From NCBI GenBank assembly GCA_963737655.1, contig CAVTTN010000002.1:1216001-1280000 (forward strand): 64,000 nucleotides of DNA, in the 5' to 3' direction. The notes beneath the pieces are model-generated. The model was given only the letters and a program-made list of their open reading frames with translations. It had not been told where the DNA came from and did no database searches. Both the position numbers and the translations under genes were made by a program. Numbering within the stretch: the stretch's first letter is position 1; each line of letters begins with the position of its first letter. Positions 1 to 9,459 of this stretch are shown here, in pieces. The DNA comes from an uncultured Planctomycetota bacterium. GTDB lineage: Bacteria; Planctomycetota; Planctomycetia; Isosphaerales; Isosphaeraceae.

Positions 1-257
1 ACCTTCTTGCTGCTGGAGCAGAAGCCGGCCGACTTGTGGGCTTCCTTGGCGACCTTGTTGTCCGGGTCCATGTAGTACTTCGTTTCCTTGTCGCCGTCCT
101 TGACGACGACGACGTTCTGGCAGGCGTCGGCCTCGGCCAGCTTGCACTTGGCGCAGACGGCGTCGCCGGTGATCGTCTTCTCGTCGGCGGCCAGGACCAC
201 CAGGGAGGCGCCCAGGCACAGCCCAGCCACGGCCAGCATCGGGAACAGCTTGCGCAT
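1..257 (-). CDS. Small secreted Cys-containing protein (DUF6370-like), truncated by the window edge
   Basis: Not in the ORF track. Manual translation from ATG at 257: MRKLFPMLAVAGLCLGASLVVLAADEKTITGDAVCAKCKLAEADACQNVVVVKDGDKETKYY... Signal peptide, CAKC...C motif, GGAG upstream. Confidence 0.7.
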   Translation of the reverse strand, partial: MRKLFPMLAVAGLCLGASLVVLAADEKTITGDAVCAKCKLAEADACQNVVVVKDGDKETKYYMDPDNKVAKEAHKSAGFCSSSKK

Positions 258-530
258 CTCGTCGTTCTCCGCAAGAAAGAGGGTACGGACCGGACGAAGA
301 CAAGCCGCGGCGACCGGTCACGCGAAACGCCGCGATTGGGGGACCTTGCCTCGGCCGCCATTGAATCACGCCCGAGCGTGTTTAACAACCGGAAACCGTC
401 CGAACCTCGGATCGCTCGAGGGGGACGGCGGCGCTCCGGGTTCGGGAGCCCTCGGTTCGCGAGGGTCCCGGGACTCGGGTGGACCCGGTTCCCGAACCAG
501 GAGCAGCCCGCGACGACCCGGTTCGGATTG

Positions 531-767
531 GGGGTGCCCCCGGTTCTCGAACCGGGGTCGCGCAGCGACAAGAGGCGGAAACGCCAGCGAGGCGACCCGA
601 CCGCCGTAGGGTCGATCCGTTCTTCCTATTTTGGGCGGAGCTTACCCTCGCCCCCGCCCTCGCGGGACAGGACGTCAAACCCTCCCTCTTCAACAACCGA
701 TCGATCTTTACCCGACCGACGGCCTCTTGCGGCTGCGCCGCCCCGGTTCGAGAACCGGGGGCACCCC
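531..767. repeat. REP/MITE-like element: 46-bp imperfect inverted repeats (531-576, 722-767), each containing the hairpin CCCCGGTT-N4-AACCGGGG
   Basis: 531-576 GGGGTGCCCCCGGTTCTCGAACCGGGGTCGCGCAGCGACAAGAGGC is nearly the reverse complement of 722-767. Partial copies at ~484-498 and ~800-810. Confidence 0.75.
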
Positions 768-865
768 TTATGTCCGCCTCGGCCTGGCTCGTGGCGGGGG
801 AGAACCGGGGACAGAGGGCGCCGAAACTCATGGGATGCCTGGACTTCGGCAGGGACGATCGCCGC

Positions 866-2212
866 TCATTTCGCCGGCCCCTGGCGGATCAGCTCGTAGG
901 AGTGGGGCCGGGGCGTCTTCAACCGGGCGATCTCGGCCTCCTTCTCGGCCACGAGCGGGTCGAACAGGGGGATCTCGACGGCGTTGTTCCCCTGTTCATG
1001 CTTGCGGAATCCGAACAGATACGTTTCGTTCTGCGGCCTCCAGCGGTGGAAATACAGCTCATTCTTGGCGTTGATCGCGGCGCGCAGGGCCCGGGACTGG
1101 TCGTCTTCGCGATGAACCGGGAGGTATAACGTGGACTTGCCGCCGTTCGACTCCGTGAGGAACACCGGGTCCTGGCCGTCATAGGAGATGGCGAATCGGC
1201 CCGGGGGCAGGTCCCGGAAGCCGAGCGAGCCAAACTCGGACATCACCGGGCCGCCCGCCTTGGCCGGACGGTCCTCGGGGGCAAGGCAGGCGGGCAGGCG
1301 GTCGGGGACGACGGCGACTTTCAGTCGCTGATCCGAACAGTGGACCTCCGAGAACCGCGCCCGGTCCGCCTCCCTGTCCGTCCCAGACCAGGAAATGCGC
1401 ATCGTCCAGTTCGTGGAGTGCGAATCGCCGAGCTTGCGGCCCTCCATCTGGCGGGCGATCTCGTGGTCGAGAACCCAGTATCCGAACGGCGAGGGGTGGA
1501 GGCCATCCCCGGTCATGAACCAGACCTGGGGATAGGCCGTGGGGTCCGGGGTATCATGGGGGGCGTCGGGGTCCGGCTTCTTCAGGGGGAAGACCGTCGG
1601 GGCTCTCCCCGTGATCGACGGGTAGAAGATGGGCCCGGTGAACAGATCCACAAACGTACACCCCCGAGCCGAGGCGATACCCCGGATGGCCTCGACGTAC
1701 CGGGCCAGGTCCCGGTTATGGGCCGAGGGGTCCGGCAAGGGCGGCCCGAGGTTTTCGTGCTGGATCGGCGAGATCAGGACGATCCGGGCCTTCGTCTCTC
1801 CCAGGGTGTCGAGCAAGGTCTTCAGCCCCGCCTCGAACTCGGGAAGGCCGGCCTCCCCGGCGAACGACTCGTTCATCCCGTAGGCGACGAGGATCAGGGT
1901 CGGCTTGAGCGCAAGGACGTGCTGTTTCAGGTGTTGGAACCCGTCGGCGCGGCTGCCGAACCGCGCCCGGGCGTCTCCCCAGACGGTGTCCCCGCTCCAT
2001 CCGAGGTTGCGGAAGGTGAAGGTCTTGTCCGGGTTGGCGGCGGTCAGAATTGTTTCGAGGTATCCATACTCGCCGTCCCTCTCGGCGAAGGTATTGCCGA
2101 GATAGACGATCCGGTCGCCGTCGCGGACCTCGACCTTGGGGCCTTCGGCAAGTGCAGGGGATCGGGCGAACAGGGCAATCCCGGGGAGCAGGGCCAGCAG
2201 GAAGGATCTCAC
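866..2212 (-). CDS. Secreted SGNH/GDSL hydrolase family protein
   Basis: Signal peptide from GTG 2212. Blocks IVYLGNTFAE, RNLGWSGD, YGMNES and DGLHP. The nucleophile position reads Thr (GNT). Start inferred; the ORF track extends to 2431. Confidence 0.8.
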   Translation of the reverse strand: MRSFLLALLPGIALFARSPALAEGPKVEVRDGDRIVYLGNTFAERDGEYGYLETILTAANPDKTFTFRNLGWSGDTVWGDARARFGSRADGFQHLKQHVLALKPTLILVAYGMNESFAGEAGLPEFEAGLKTLLDTLGETKARIVLISPIQHENLGPPLPDPSAHNRDLARYVEAIRGIASARGCTFVDLFTGPIFYPSITGRAPTVFPLKKPDPDAPHDTPDPTAYPQVWFMTGDGLHPSPFGYWVLDHEIARQMEGRKLGDSHSTNWTMRISWSGTDREADRARFSEVHCSDQRLKVAVVPDRLPACLAPEDRPAKAGGPVMSEFGSLGFRDLPPGRFAISYDGQDPVFLTESNGGKSTLYLPVHREDDQSRALRAAINAKNELYFHRWRPQNETYLFGFRKHEQGNNAVEIPLFDPLVAEKEAEIARLKTPRPHSYELIRQGPAK

Positions 2213-2556
2213 GGGTCGGCTCCGGTCCGAGAGGGGGCGTCCGGGTCGTCGCGATCGGGGGGCCCGGCTCGATGGAGGCACTCTAGCCGGGTCGGAGGGC
2301 CGAGTCGAGTCCCCGCCGGAGGCCGGAATGGGGGAGGGTCGAGTGGAATCGGATCGGATCGGGCCTCTGTTGCATCTTTTCGCCGTTTCATCCTGGCCGT
2401 TCGTCGAAATGCTGGACCGGCCGTCTCCCATTAACTAGTATGGAATGGGTTCCCGGATCGTTCGGCCCGAATCCTGCTAGGAACGCGACGGGTTCGACGC
2501 TGGAGTCGGGCCTCTGGGTCGATGCGGACTTGCCGGACCTTGGCGAGGTCTCTTCC

Positions 2557-3408
2557 ATGAATCTGAAGGCATCGGATCGTCCTCCCGTGCAGAGATACGG
2601 GGTCGCCCTGGCGTTGAGCGTGGGGGCGCTGGGCACGAAGGTCGTGCTGGGATCGACGTTGGGTTACGAGACGCCGTTCCTGGCGGTGTTCACGGCGGTG
2701 CTGCTGAGCGCCTGGTTCGGCGGGCTGGGCCCGGGCCTGGTGACCACGGGCGTCTCGGCTTTGGGGATCGCGTATTTCTTCCTCTCCCCGGTGAACTCGT
2801 TGCGGGTGGAGAGTTTGCGGACGCTGGTGCAACTGGCGGTGTTCCTGGCCGAGGGGACGGCGATCAGCCTGATCGTGGCGGCGCTGGAGAACCAGAGGCG
2901 GAACCTCGGGGAGATGCGCCTGAAGGCCGAAGTGCTGCGGGACGTCTCCCGGCAGATCGGGGACAAGGCCCGCCTGAGGGCCGATCGCCAGGAGGCGCTG
3001 GTGGACCTGTATCGCCGGGGGATCGCCCAGGGTCCGATCCCGTTGGAGGGGACGGGCCGTCTGGCCACGCTCCTGGGGGTGGATCGGTTGGCGATCCTGG
3101 AGGTGACGGCCGACGGGCGGTCGCTGAGGGCCGTCGTCGGGGACAGCCCGGAGGTGGCGCTGGACTCCCAGGCCGGGGAGGCCCGGGCGTTCGCCTCGGG
3201 CGGATCGGTCGTGTTCGACGAGGCCGGTGTCGGTTCCGGGGCGGCGGTGGCGATTCCGGGTCCGGGGGGCCGGGCTGTTGGTGTAGTCCTGGCAAGCTCG
3301 GCGGCGCGACGGAGCTTCCCGAAAGACGACATGGACTTCCTCCGAGGAACCGCCCGGATCCTGGGAGACGTGATGGGGCTGGTCGGCTCGGGCTGCCGGG
3401 AGGCCTGA
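2557..3408 (+). CDS. Membrane sensor: DUF4118-type TM domain + coiled coil + GAF-like domain, no output domain
   Basis: RYGVALAL...PFLAVFTAVLLSAWFGGLGPGL (DUF4118-like) and C-terminal GVVLASSAARRSFPKDDMDFL (GAF-like). GAGGT precedes ATG 2557. Confidence 0.7.
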   Translation: MNLKASDRPPVQRYGVALALSVGALGTKVVLGSTLGYETPFLAVFTAVLLSAWFGGLGPGLVTTGVSALGIAYFFLSPVNSLRVESLRTLVQLAVFLAEGTAISLIVAALENQRRNLGEMRLKAEVLRDVSRQIGDKARLRADRQEALVDLYRRGIAQGPIPLEGTGRLATLLGVDRLAILEVTADGRSLRAVVGDSPEVALDSQAGEARAFASGGSVVFDEAGVGSGAAVAIPGPGGRAVGVVLASSAARRSFPKDDMDFLRGTARILGDVMGLVGSGCREA

Positions 3409-3557
3409 GGCCCGAGCCCCGACCGATCGTCGCCTCGCCGACGGCCCAGGCTCAAAGCCGAAGGGCTGAGGAAAGTTGCGTCTGGAATTCCGGGCGAGTA
3501 CCATCGGGGGCCCGGCGACCCTGGCCCACGTCCCGCCCCTCGACCCCGGCACCCTCG

Positions 3558-5385
3558 ATGGCCGAATTCTGGCAAATCCGCGTCTTCGACCAGCACGAAC
3601 CGGTCTATTCGACCGAAGTGCCGGGCAAGGTCGTCCTCGGGCGTCAGGGCACGCCCGGGGAACGGCTGTACTCCAAGACGACCGGGCCGGACGGGACCTG
3701 CCGGATCGTCATGGCCGGCCGGGACGAGGACTTCGTCTCCCGTCAGCACGCCCAGCTCGACCCGTCGGGCCCCGGGACGCTCCGCCTGAAGAACGTCAGC
3801 GCGAAGGTGCCGATCCGGCTCCAGGACAATACCGAACTAATGCCCGGGGCCGATTGCGAACTGGTCCTGCCGACGGTCATCACGCTGGGTCGCAAAGTCA
3901 TACGGGTCCTGGAGGTTGCGCCCGACGACCTCCAGTTCCAGAGCCTGCCCGAAGCCACCTCGCCCGGCGTCTCCATGGCCACGCCGACGGTCTTGACCTC
4001 GCTGAACATCCCGGGCCAGAACATCAACTTCGAGGAGATCATCACCTGGCTGAAGGCGGCGATGGGCGTCCTCCAAAGCGCCGCGACCAGCCACGACTTC
4101 TTCGAGAAAGCCGCCCAGGCCGTGGTGGAGACCGTCGGGCTGGACACCGGGCGCGTCCTCTTGCTGGAAGGCGGGGAGTGGCGGACCGTCAGCGCCTTCT
4201 CGGATCGGGGCGAGGCGCCGGGGCCGAGTCGGCGCCCAGCCGGAGCGTCCTGAACCGGGTCCTGAAGGACCGCTGCACCCTCTGGCTCGGGCCCGACCCC
4301 AACGCCCCCGGGGGCGTGGATAGCTTGCTGGGCGTCTCGGCCGTCGTCGCCTCGCCGATCCTGGATGAGAAGGGCGAGGTCATCGGCGCCCTCTACGGCG
4401 ATCGCAAGCGGTATCGCAGCCCGGGCCAGCCGCCCCGGATCACCCGGCTCGACGCCATGCTCGTCGAGCTCCTGGCCAGCGGGGTGGCCGCCGGCCTGGC
4501 GCGGACCGAGTTCGAACGCCGGGCCGTCGCCGCACGTGTTCAATTCGAACAATTCTTCACGCCGGAACTCGCTCACCAGATCGCCATCCGGCCCGAGCTT
4601 TTGGAGGGGCAGGAATCCGAGATCACCCTGCTGTTCTGCGACATCCGCGGATTCAGCCGGATCAGCGAGCACCTCGGGCCGGCCAAGACCGTCCGATGGA
4701 TCAACGGCGTGATGGGCACCCTCTCCGACTGCGTCCTGGCCCACGGCGGCGTCCTCGTCGACTACATCGGCGACGAGCTGATGGCCATGTGGGGCGCCCC
4801 GGCCGAGCAGCCCGACCACGCCCGGCTCGCCTGCCGAGCCGCCCTCCAGATGCTCGAGATCCTCCCCGAGATGAACGAGGAGTGGATCGGCGAGATCGGC
4901 CAGCCCTTCGACCTCGGCATCGGCCTGAACACCGGGATCGCCCGCGTCGGCAACACCGGATCACGTCACAAATTCAAGTATGGACCCCTGGGCAATACCG
5001 TGAACATGGCCAGCCGTGTTCAGGGCGTCACCAAATACCTGAAAGTGCGCCTCCTCGTCACCCAGGCCACCCGCGAGCGCCTCGGCAAGGAGGAGTTCGC
5101 GCCCGGAGGATCGGCAAGGTCCGCGTCGTGAACATCGCCGAGCCCGTGGACCTCTTCGAGGTCAAGCCCGTGGGCAACCAGGAGTGGGAGGCGCTCTGCC
5201 TCGAATACGAGTCCGCCCTGGCCGAGTTCGAGCGCGAGGGCTTCCGCATGGCCACCCGCATCCTCGGCGGCCTCCTGACCGAGCACCCCGACGACGGCCC
5301 CTCCATGGTCCTCCTCTCCCGGGTGGTCCAGAGCCTCGTCGATCCCGAGACCTTCGACCCCGTCTTCGTCGCGCCCGGGAAATGA
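3558..5385 (+). CDS. FHA-like + GAF + class III adenylate/guanylate cyclase; frameshifts near 4234 and 5100
   Basis: Three ORF pieces join up: VLGR...VSRQHA (FHA); ASPIL...GALYGDR (GAF); TLLFCDIRGFS, DYIGDELMAMWGAP, GIGLNTG, GNTVNMASRVQ (cyclase); then a C-terminal RIGKVRVVNIAEPVDLFE tail. Confidence 0.85.
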
Positions 5386-5429
5386 ACTAGCGTTTAGTTA
5401 TTCCTTCATATCCAAATCCGAGGGCCGCC

Positions 5430-6709
5430 ATGATCGCCCCCTTGCTGGTCCTGGCCGCCCTGGGCGGGCCCATCTCCGGCGACGGTCGTCCCTCGGCCGG
5501 GGACTATCGCCGCCAGGCCGAGCGGTGCCGCGGACTCCTGAAGGCCAGCCTCCTCGCCTTCTACCTGCCGGCGAGCCTCGACCGCGAGGACGGAGGCTAC
5601 CTCGAAGGTTTCGAGGACGGCCGGTTCCGGCCCATCGGCGAGAAGTTCCTCGTCCATCAGGCCCGCCAGCTCTGGTTCTTCAGCACGCTCGCCTCCGAAG
5701 GGATCGAGCGCGACGCCTCGCTCGTTGCGGCGAAATCAGGATATGTATTCTTGCACGAGAAGATGAGGGACCGCGACCTTGGAGGCTACTTCGCCCGGGT
5801 CTCGGACTCGGGTTCGCCCAGGGACATGAGGAAGCACGCGTATCTCCAGGCGTTCGCGCTTTACGGACTCGTCGCCTACGCCGGGGCCTCGGGCGACGCC
5901 GAGGCGCTCGAAGCCGCCCGGGCCCTGTTCCGGACGCTCGACGCGAAGGCCCACGACGCCCGATACGGCGGATACGCCGAATCCTTCGCCCGGGACTGGT
6001 CGCCGATCGACGACCCGAAGTCGCCCGGGATCGTCGGGGCGCCCGGCACGAAGACCTTCAACACCCACCTCCACCTCCTCGAAGCCTTCGCCGCGCTGTA
6101 CCGGGCCTGGCCCGATCCGACCCTGAAATCGCGGCTGGAAGAATTGATCGCCATCAACACGTTGACGGTCCGCCACCCCGAATTCCCGTGCAACCTCGAC
6201 GGCTGGAGGCCCGACTGGTCGCGGATCGACACCCCGGCGAACCTCCTCGCCAGCTACGGCCACGACATCGAATGCACCTGGCTCGTCCTCGACGCGGCCG
6301 ACGCCCTGAAACGGCCGCCGACGCTGCTCCGGTCGTGGTCCGAGGGCCTGTGCGATCACGCCTTGACGCATGGATTCGACCGCGAGCACGGCGGCTTCTT
6401 CTACACAGGCCCGCCCGGCCGGCCGGCCGAGGACCGCCGGAAGGAATGGTGGGTCCAGGCCGAAGGGCTCGTCGCCATGATCGACCTCCACCGAGACACC
6501 GGCCGCCGCGACGCCTTCGACGCCTTCGTCAAGACGCTCGACTTCGTCGAGAAACACCAGGTCTGCCCCGAGGGCGGCTGGTATCGCGCCGGAAGGCCGA
6601 CGGCTCCCCCCTGGACGACGCCCGCAGCGGCCCGTGGCAGGCCGCCTACCACTCCGGCCGGGCCTTGCTCCTCTCGGCGAGACGACTAGAGGCGCTGGCG
6701 GGTCGATAG
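5430..6709 (+). CDS. AGE family epimerase (cellobiose 2-epimerase-like) with signal peptide; frameshift near 6585
   Basis: QARQLWFFS, KHAYLQAFALYGL, NTHLHLLEAF, SYGHDIE, WWVQAE. The terminal WQAAYHSGRA motif is in the second frame. Confidence 0.85.
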
Positions 6710-7021
6710 ATCCGGTTCGAGCCTCGGGAGCCCACCGCGAGAGCGGGCTTCCTGGCACTGCTCGGACCCGGCGGCGAATTCACGGCATGTCGCGGGCCGA
6801 GATTCATAAATCTCACAACGATTCGACCCGTCCAGGAACGGGCAGGCGGCGAGGAAGGGCAGGGGGAACAGGGCGAACGCCCACCCCGGCGCCTCCAGGT
6901 GATCGGGCAGGCGGCGGCCCTCGGAGACGATCCGGGGCTCGCGCTCCGCGTCGCCGATCGAGACGAAGATCGGGAACGTCCGACAGCAGGCCCCGCACCC
7001 ATCGCATTCGTAGTCGAACAT
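6686..7021 (-). CDS. YkgJ family cysteine-cluster protein (CxxCxxCC)
   Basis: MFDYECDGCGACC...CPFLD...CEIYESRPATCREF; GAGGCGG upstream of ATG 7021. Confidence 0.85.
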   Translation of the reverse strand: MFDYECDGCGACCRTFPIFVSIGDAEREPRIVSEGRRLPDHLEAPGWAFALFPLPFLAACPFLDGSNRCEIYESRPATCREFAAGSEQCQEARSRGGLPRLEPDLSTRQRL

Positions 7022-7038
7022 ACTCTCGCCGCCTCGCC

Positions 7039-9111
7039 TCACTCGGATGTCTTCGGGGCCCCGGTTTTCATGCGTTCCACGAGCCGGTCCATCTCGGCGA
7101 GTTCCTCGGTGAAGGGGGCCTGGACCGGCGGGAAGCGGAAGCCGGTCTTGGGGTCGAGGTCGAAGGCCGTCACGCGGAAGCTGATCGCGAACCGCTCGCG
7201 CTTCCATTGCGCGAAGCAGAACAGGCGGACGAACTTGCGGATGTGGGCCGCGAAGGCCGAGACGTCCCCGCCGTAGGTCTCGCGCATCGCCGGCCAGAGC
7301 CTCCGCAGCATCCCCTCCGGGTCCAGCCCGAGCTGCACGAACGCGTACATGAGCTGATCGAGCACGGGAAACGGCATGAGGTCCGCCTCATCCGTCTGCG
7401 CCTGGCCCGGCGGCCGGAGTTCGGCCGTGGCCTCCATCACGTCCACGCGGTCGAACCCGGCGAGCCCGTGGAAGTGCCGGGCCCAGGCCAGGTACAGCTT
7501 GACGAGGCTCTTGGGCACGTCGGCGATCGGCGCCAGACCCCCGCTGGAGTCTCCGTCCATCGTCGTGTAGCCGACGGCCGCCTCGCTCTTGTTGCTGGTG
7601 ACCAGGAGCAGGGCGTTGTGCAGGTTCGCGACGGTCCAGATCAGCATCCCCCGCAGGCGCGCCTGGATATTTTGCATGGTGATATCGTGGCGCGTTTCGG
7701 TCCAGGAGAGGCGCTCGCCGGTCATCCGCTCGACGACCGCCTGGGCCGAGTCCAGGGCCGGCTGGACCTGCCCGTCCAGGAACGTGGCGCCGATCTCCCG
7801 GGCCACGGCCTCGGCCGCGTCGTGGGTCGCGCGGCCGGAGTTCTCCGTGGCCATGTAGGCGCACACGAACGTCCTGCCCACGAGCCGCCTCTGCTCTTCG
7901 GCCGACAGGCCCGGATACCAATATCTGTACATCCTCGCGACGATCAATGCCACCATCGCGCTGTCCCGGCCGCCCGAGAGCGCCAGGCAGAGCTTGGGCA
8001 CGCCCGACTTGCGGACGTAGTCGCGCAGCGCCAGCGCCAGGGCCAGCTCCAGCTCCAGGTGGTTCAGGTCGCGCTCGGTGATCGCCCGGCCCTCGAGCGC
8101 CTCGGATTCCAGGTACTCCAGGGACGGGTCGGGATGCGGAGGCTCGGGAGGAATCCAGTACGGCGACGGCGGGGGCGCCTGGTCCGTCGTCGAGAAGTCT
8201 CCCGCCACCCGGACGCAGCTCGGCGCCGAGCCGAACGCGCCGGCCCTGGCCCGGCCGAGCTGGTCGCGCCACGAGCCTTCTTCCATGCGAACATGCCGGA
8301 GTTCCGACAGGTCCACGACCTGATGGACGAGCTCCCAATCCCGAGTGAACACGAACCGGCGCCCCTCCGCGAGCGTCTGCCCGTTCATCGCGAGGAAGAG
8401 GCTGCCGTCGAAGATCAAGCGAGTCGCATCGGCACCCAATAGTGACGAATACATATAGACGCAATGGTCCTCGCGGCTGATCTGCTCGACCATCCGGCGG
8501 CGGACGCGGTGCTTGCCGATCGTGAACCACGAGGCCGACGGGTTCATGATGATCTCGGCGCCGGCCAGGGCGTACGTCGAGCCGGGCCGGATGCCCTTCC
8601 AGGCATCCTCGCAGATCTCGAACGCCACGGTGGCCAGGCCCGGCAGGTCGAACATCTGCGTCCCCAGGGGCACGACCTCGCCGCCGGGCCCGCGATACTC
8701 GACGAGCCGGCCGTGGGGCCACGGGGAGAAGTACCGATTCTCATATTCCACATCGCCGACGGCCAGGTTCTCCTTGGCGACCAGGCCCACGAGCTTCCCG
8801 TCGGCCAGGAAGCCCATCGCGTTGTACAGGACGCCCTCGAAGACGATCGGCAAGCCGGCGGCCACGGCCATCCCGGTCGTCGCGTCGGCCAGGCGGACGA
8901 GCCGGTCCCACGAGCGTTCGATCGTGCCGGTCCTCATCAGGCGGTCGCCCAGGCTGTAGCCGGAGATGCTCATCTCGGGCAAGAGCAGGAGCTTCGCGCC
9001 GGCCTCGCGGGCCGCCGCGATCGCCTCGCGGGACCGGCTCTCATTGCCGGCCCAGTCGCCGACCGTCTGGTTCAGCGAAGCCACGGCCAGGTGAGCCTGA
9101 TGAAACGGCAT
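7039..9111 (-). CDS. nadE: Glutamine-dependent NAD+ synthetase
   Basis: Nitrilase-like domain with E-K-C triad (LLPEMS, AKENL, EICEDAW) plus synthetase motifs SGGRDS, QNIQARLR, NKSE, TAELRP, QWKRE. Confidence 0.95.
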   Translation of the reverse strand: MPFHQAHLAVASLNQTVGDWAGNESRSREAIAAAREAGAKLLLLPEMSISGYSLGDRLMRTGTIERSWDRLVRLADATTGMAVAAGLPIVFEGVLYNAMGFLADGKLVGLVAKENLAVGDVEYENRYFSPWPHGRLVEYRGPGGEVVPLGTQMFDLPGLATVAFEICEDAWKGIRPGSTYALAGAEIIMNPSASWFTIGKHRVRRRMVEQISREDHCVYMYSSLLGADATRLIFDGSLFLAMNGQTLAEGRRFVFTRDWELVHQVVDLSELRHVRMEEGSWRDQLGRARAGAFGSAPSCVRVAGDFSTTDQAPPPSPYWIPPEPPHPDPSLEYLESEALEGRAITERDLNHLELELALALALRDYVRKSGVPKLCLALSGGRDSAMVALIVARMYRYWYPGLSAEEQRRLVGRTFVCAYMATENSGRATHDAAEAVAREIGATFLDGQVQPALDSAQAVVERMTGERLSWTETRHDITMQNIQARLRGMLIWTVANLHNALLLVTSNKSEAAVGYTTMDGDSSGGLAPIADVPKSLVKLYLAWARHFHGLAGFDRVDVMEATAELRPPGQAQTDEADLMPFPVLDQLMYAFVQLGLDPEGMLRRLWPAMRETYGGDVSAFAAHIRKFVRLFCFAQWKRERFAISFRVTAFDLDPKTGFRFPPVQAPFTEELAEMDRLVERMKTGAPKTSE

Positions 9112-9142
9112 CGGTCGGACCTTCTTGAGGAACTCGTCGGAC

Positions 9143-9247
9143 TTGTCAGTTGTCAGTTGTCAGTTGTCAGTTGTCAGTTGTCAGTTGTCAGTTGTCAGTT
9201 GTCAGTTGTCAGTTGTCAGTTGTCAGTTGTCAGTTGTCAGTTGTCAG
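9143..9247 (+). repeat. Heptamer tandem array (TTGTCAG)x15
   Basis: Perfect 105-bp array read directly from the sequence. Confidence 0.97.
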
Positions 9248-9408
9248 TCCACTCGTTCCCACGCTCCGCGTGGGAATGCCGTCTTCGACGCTCCCGCGTC
9301 GGGTTCGGTTCGACGACGGAACCGTGATGGGACGATTACATCGAGGACTCCTCCGGCACGCGGAGCGTGCAAGACGGCATTCCCACGCGGAGCGCGGGAA
9401 CGAGTGGA
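9248..9408. repeat. REP doublet (REPIN-like): 38-bp inverted copies of TCCACTCGTTCCCACGCTCCGCGTGGGAATGCCGTCTT
   Basis: 9248-9285 and the reverse complement of 9371-9408 differ at one base. Each has an internal TTCCCACG...CGTGGGAA-type hairpin. 85-bp spacer. Confidence 0.9.
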
Positions 9409-9452
9409 CTGACAACTGACAACTGATGACTGACAACTGACAACTGACAACT
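9409..9452 (-). repeat. Inverted heptamer array (CTGACAA)x6, one unit variant CTGATGA
   Basis: Reverse complement of the 9143-9247 array. Confidence 0.95.
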
Positions 9453-9459
9453 CCGGTAT

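Noticed and set aside
36..1129. Plus-strand ORFs at the window start
   Set aside because: They overlap credible minus-strand genes and the inverted-repeat element, and have Arg/Pro-rich non-coding-like composition.
9125..9450. ORFs with SCQLSVV repeats
   Set aside because: They are translations of the 7-bp array and REP sequence, not credible proteins.
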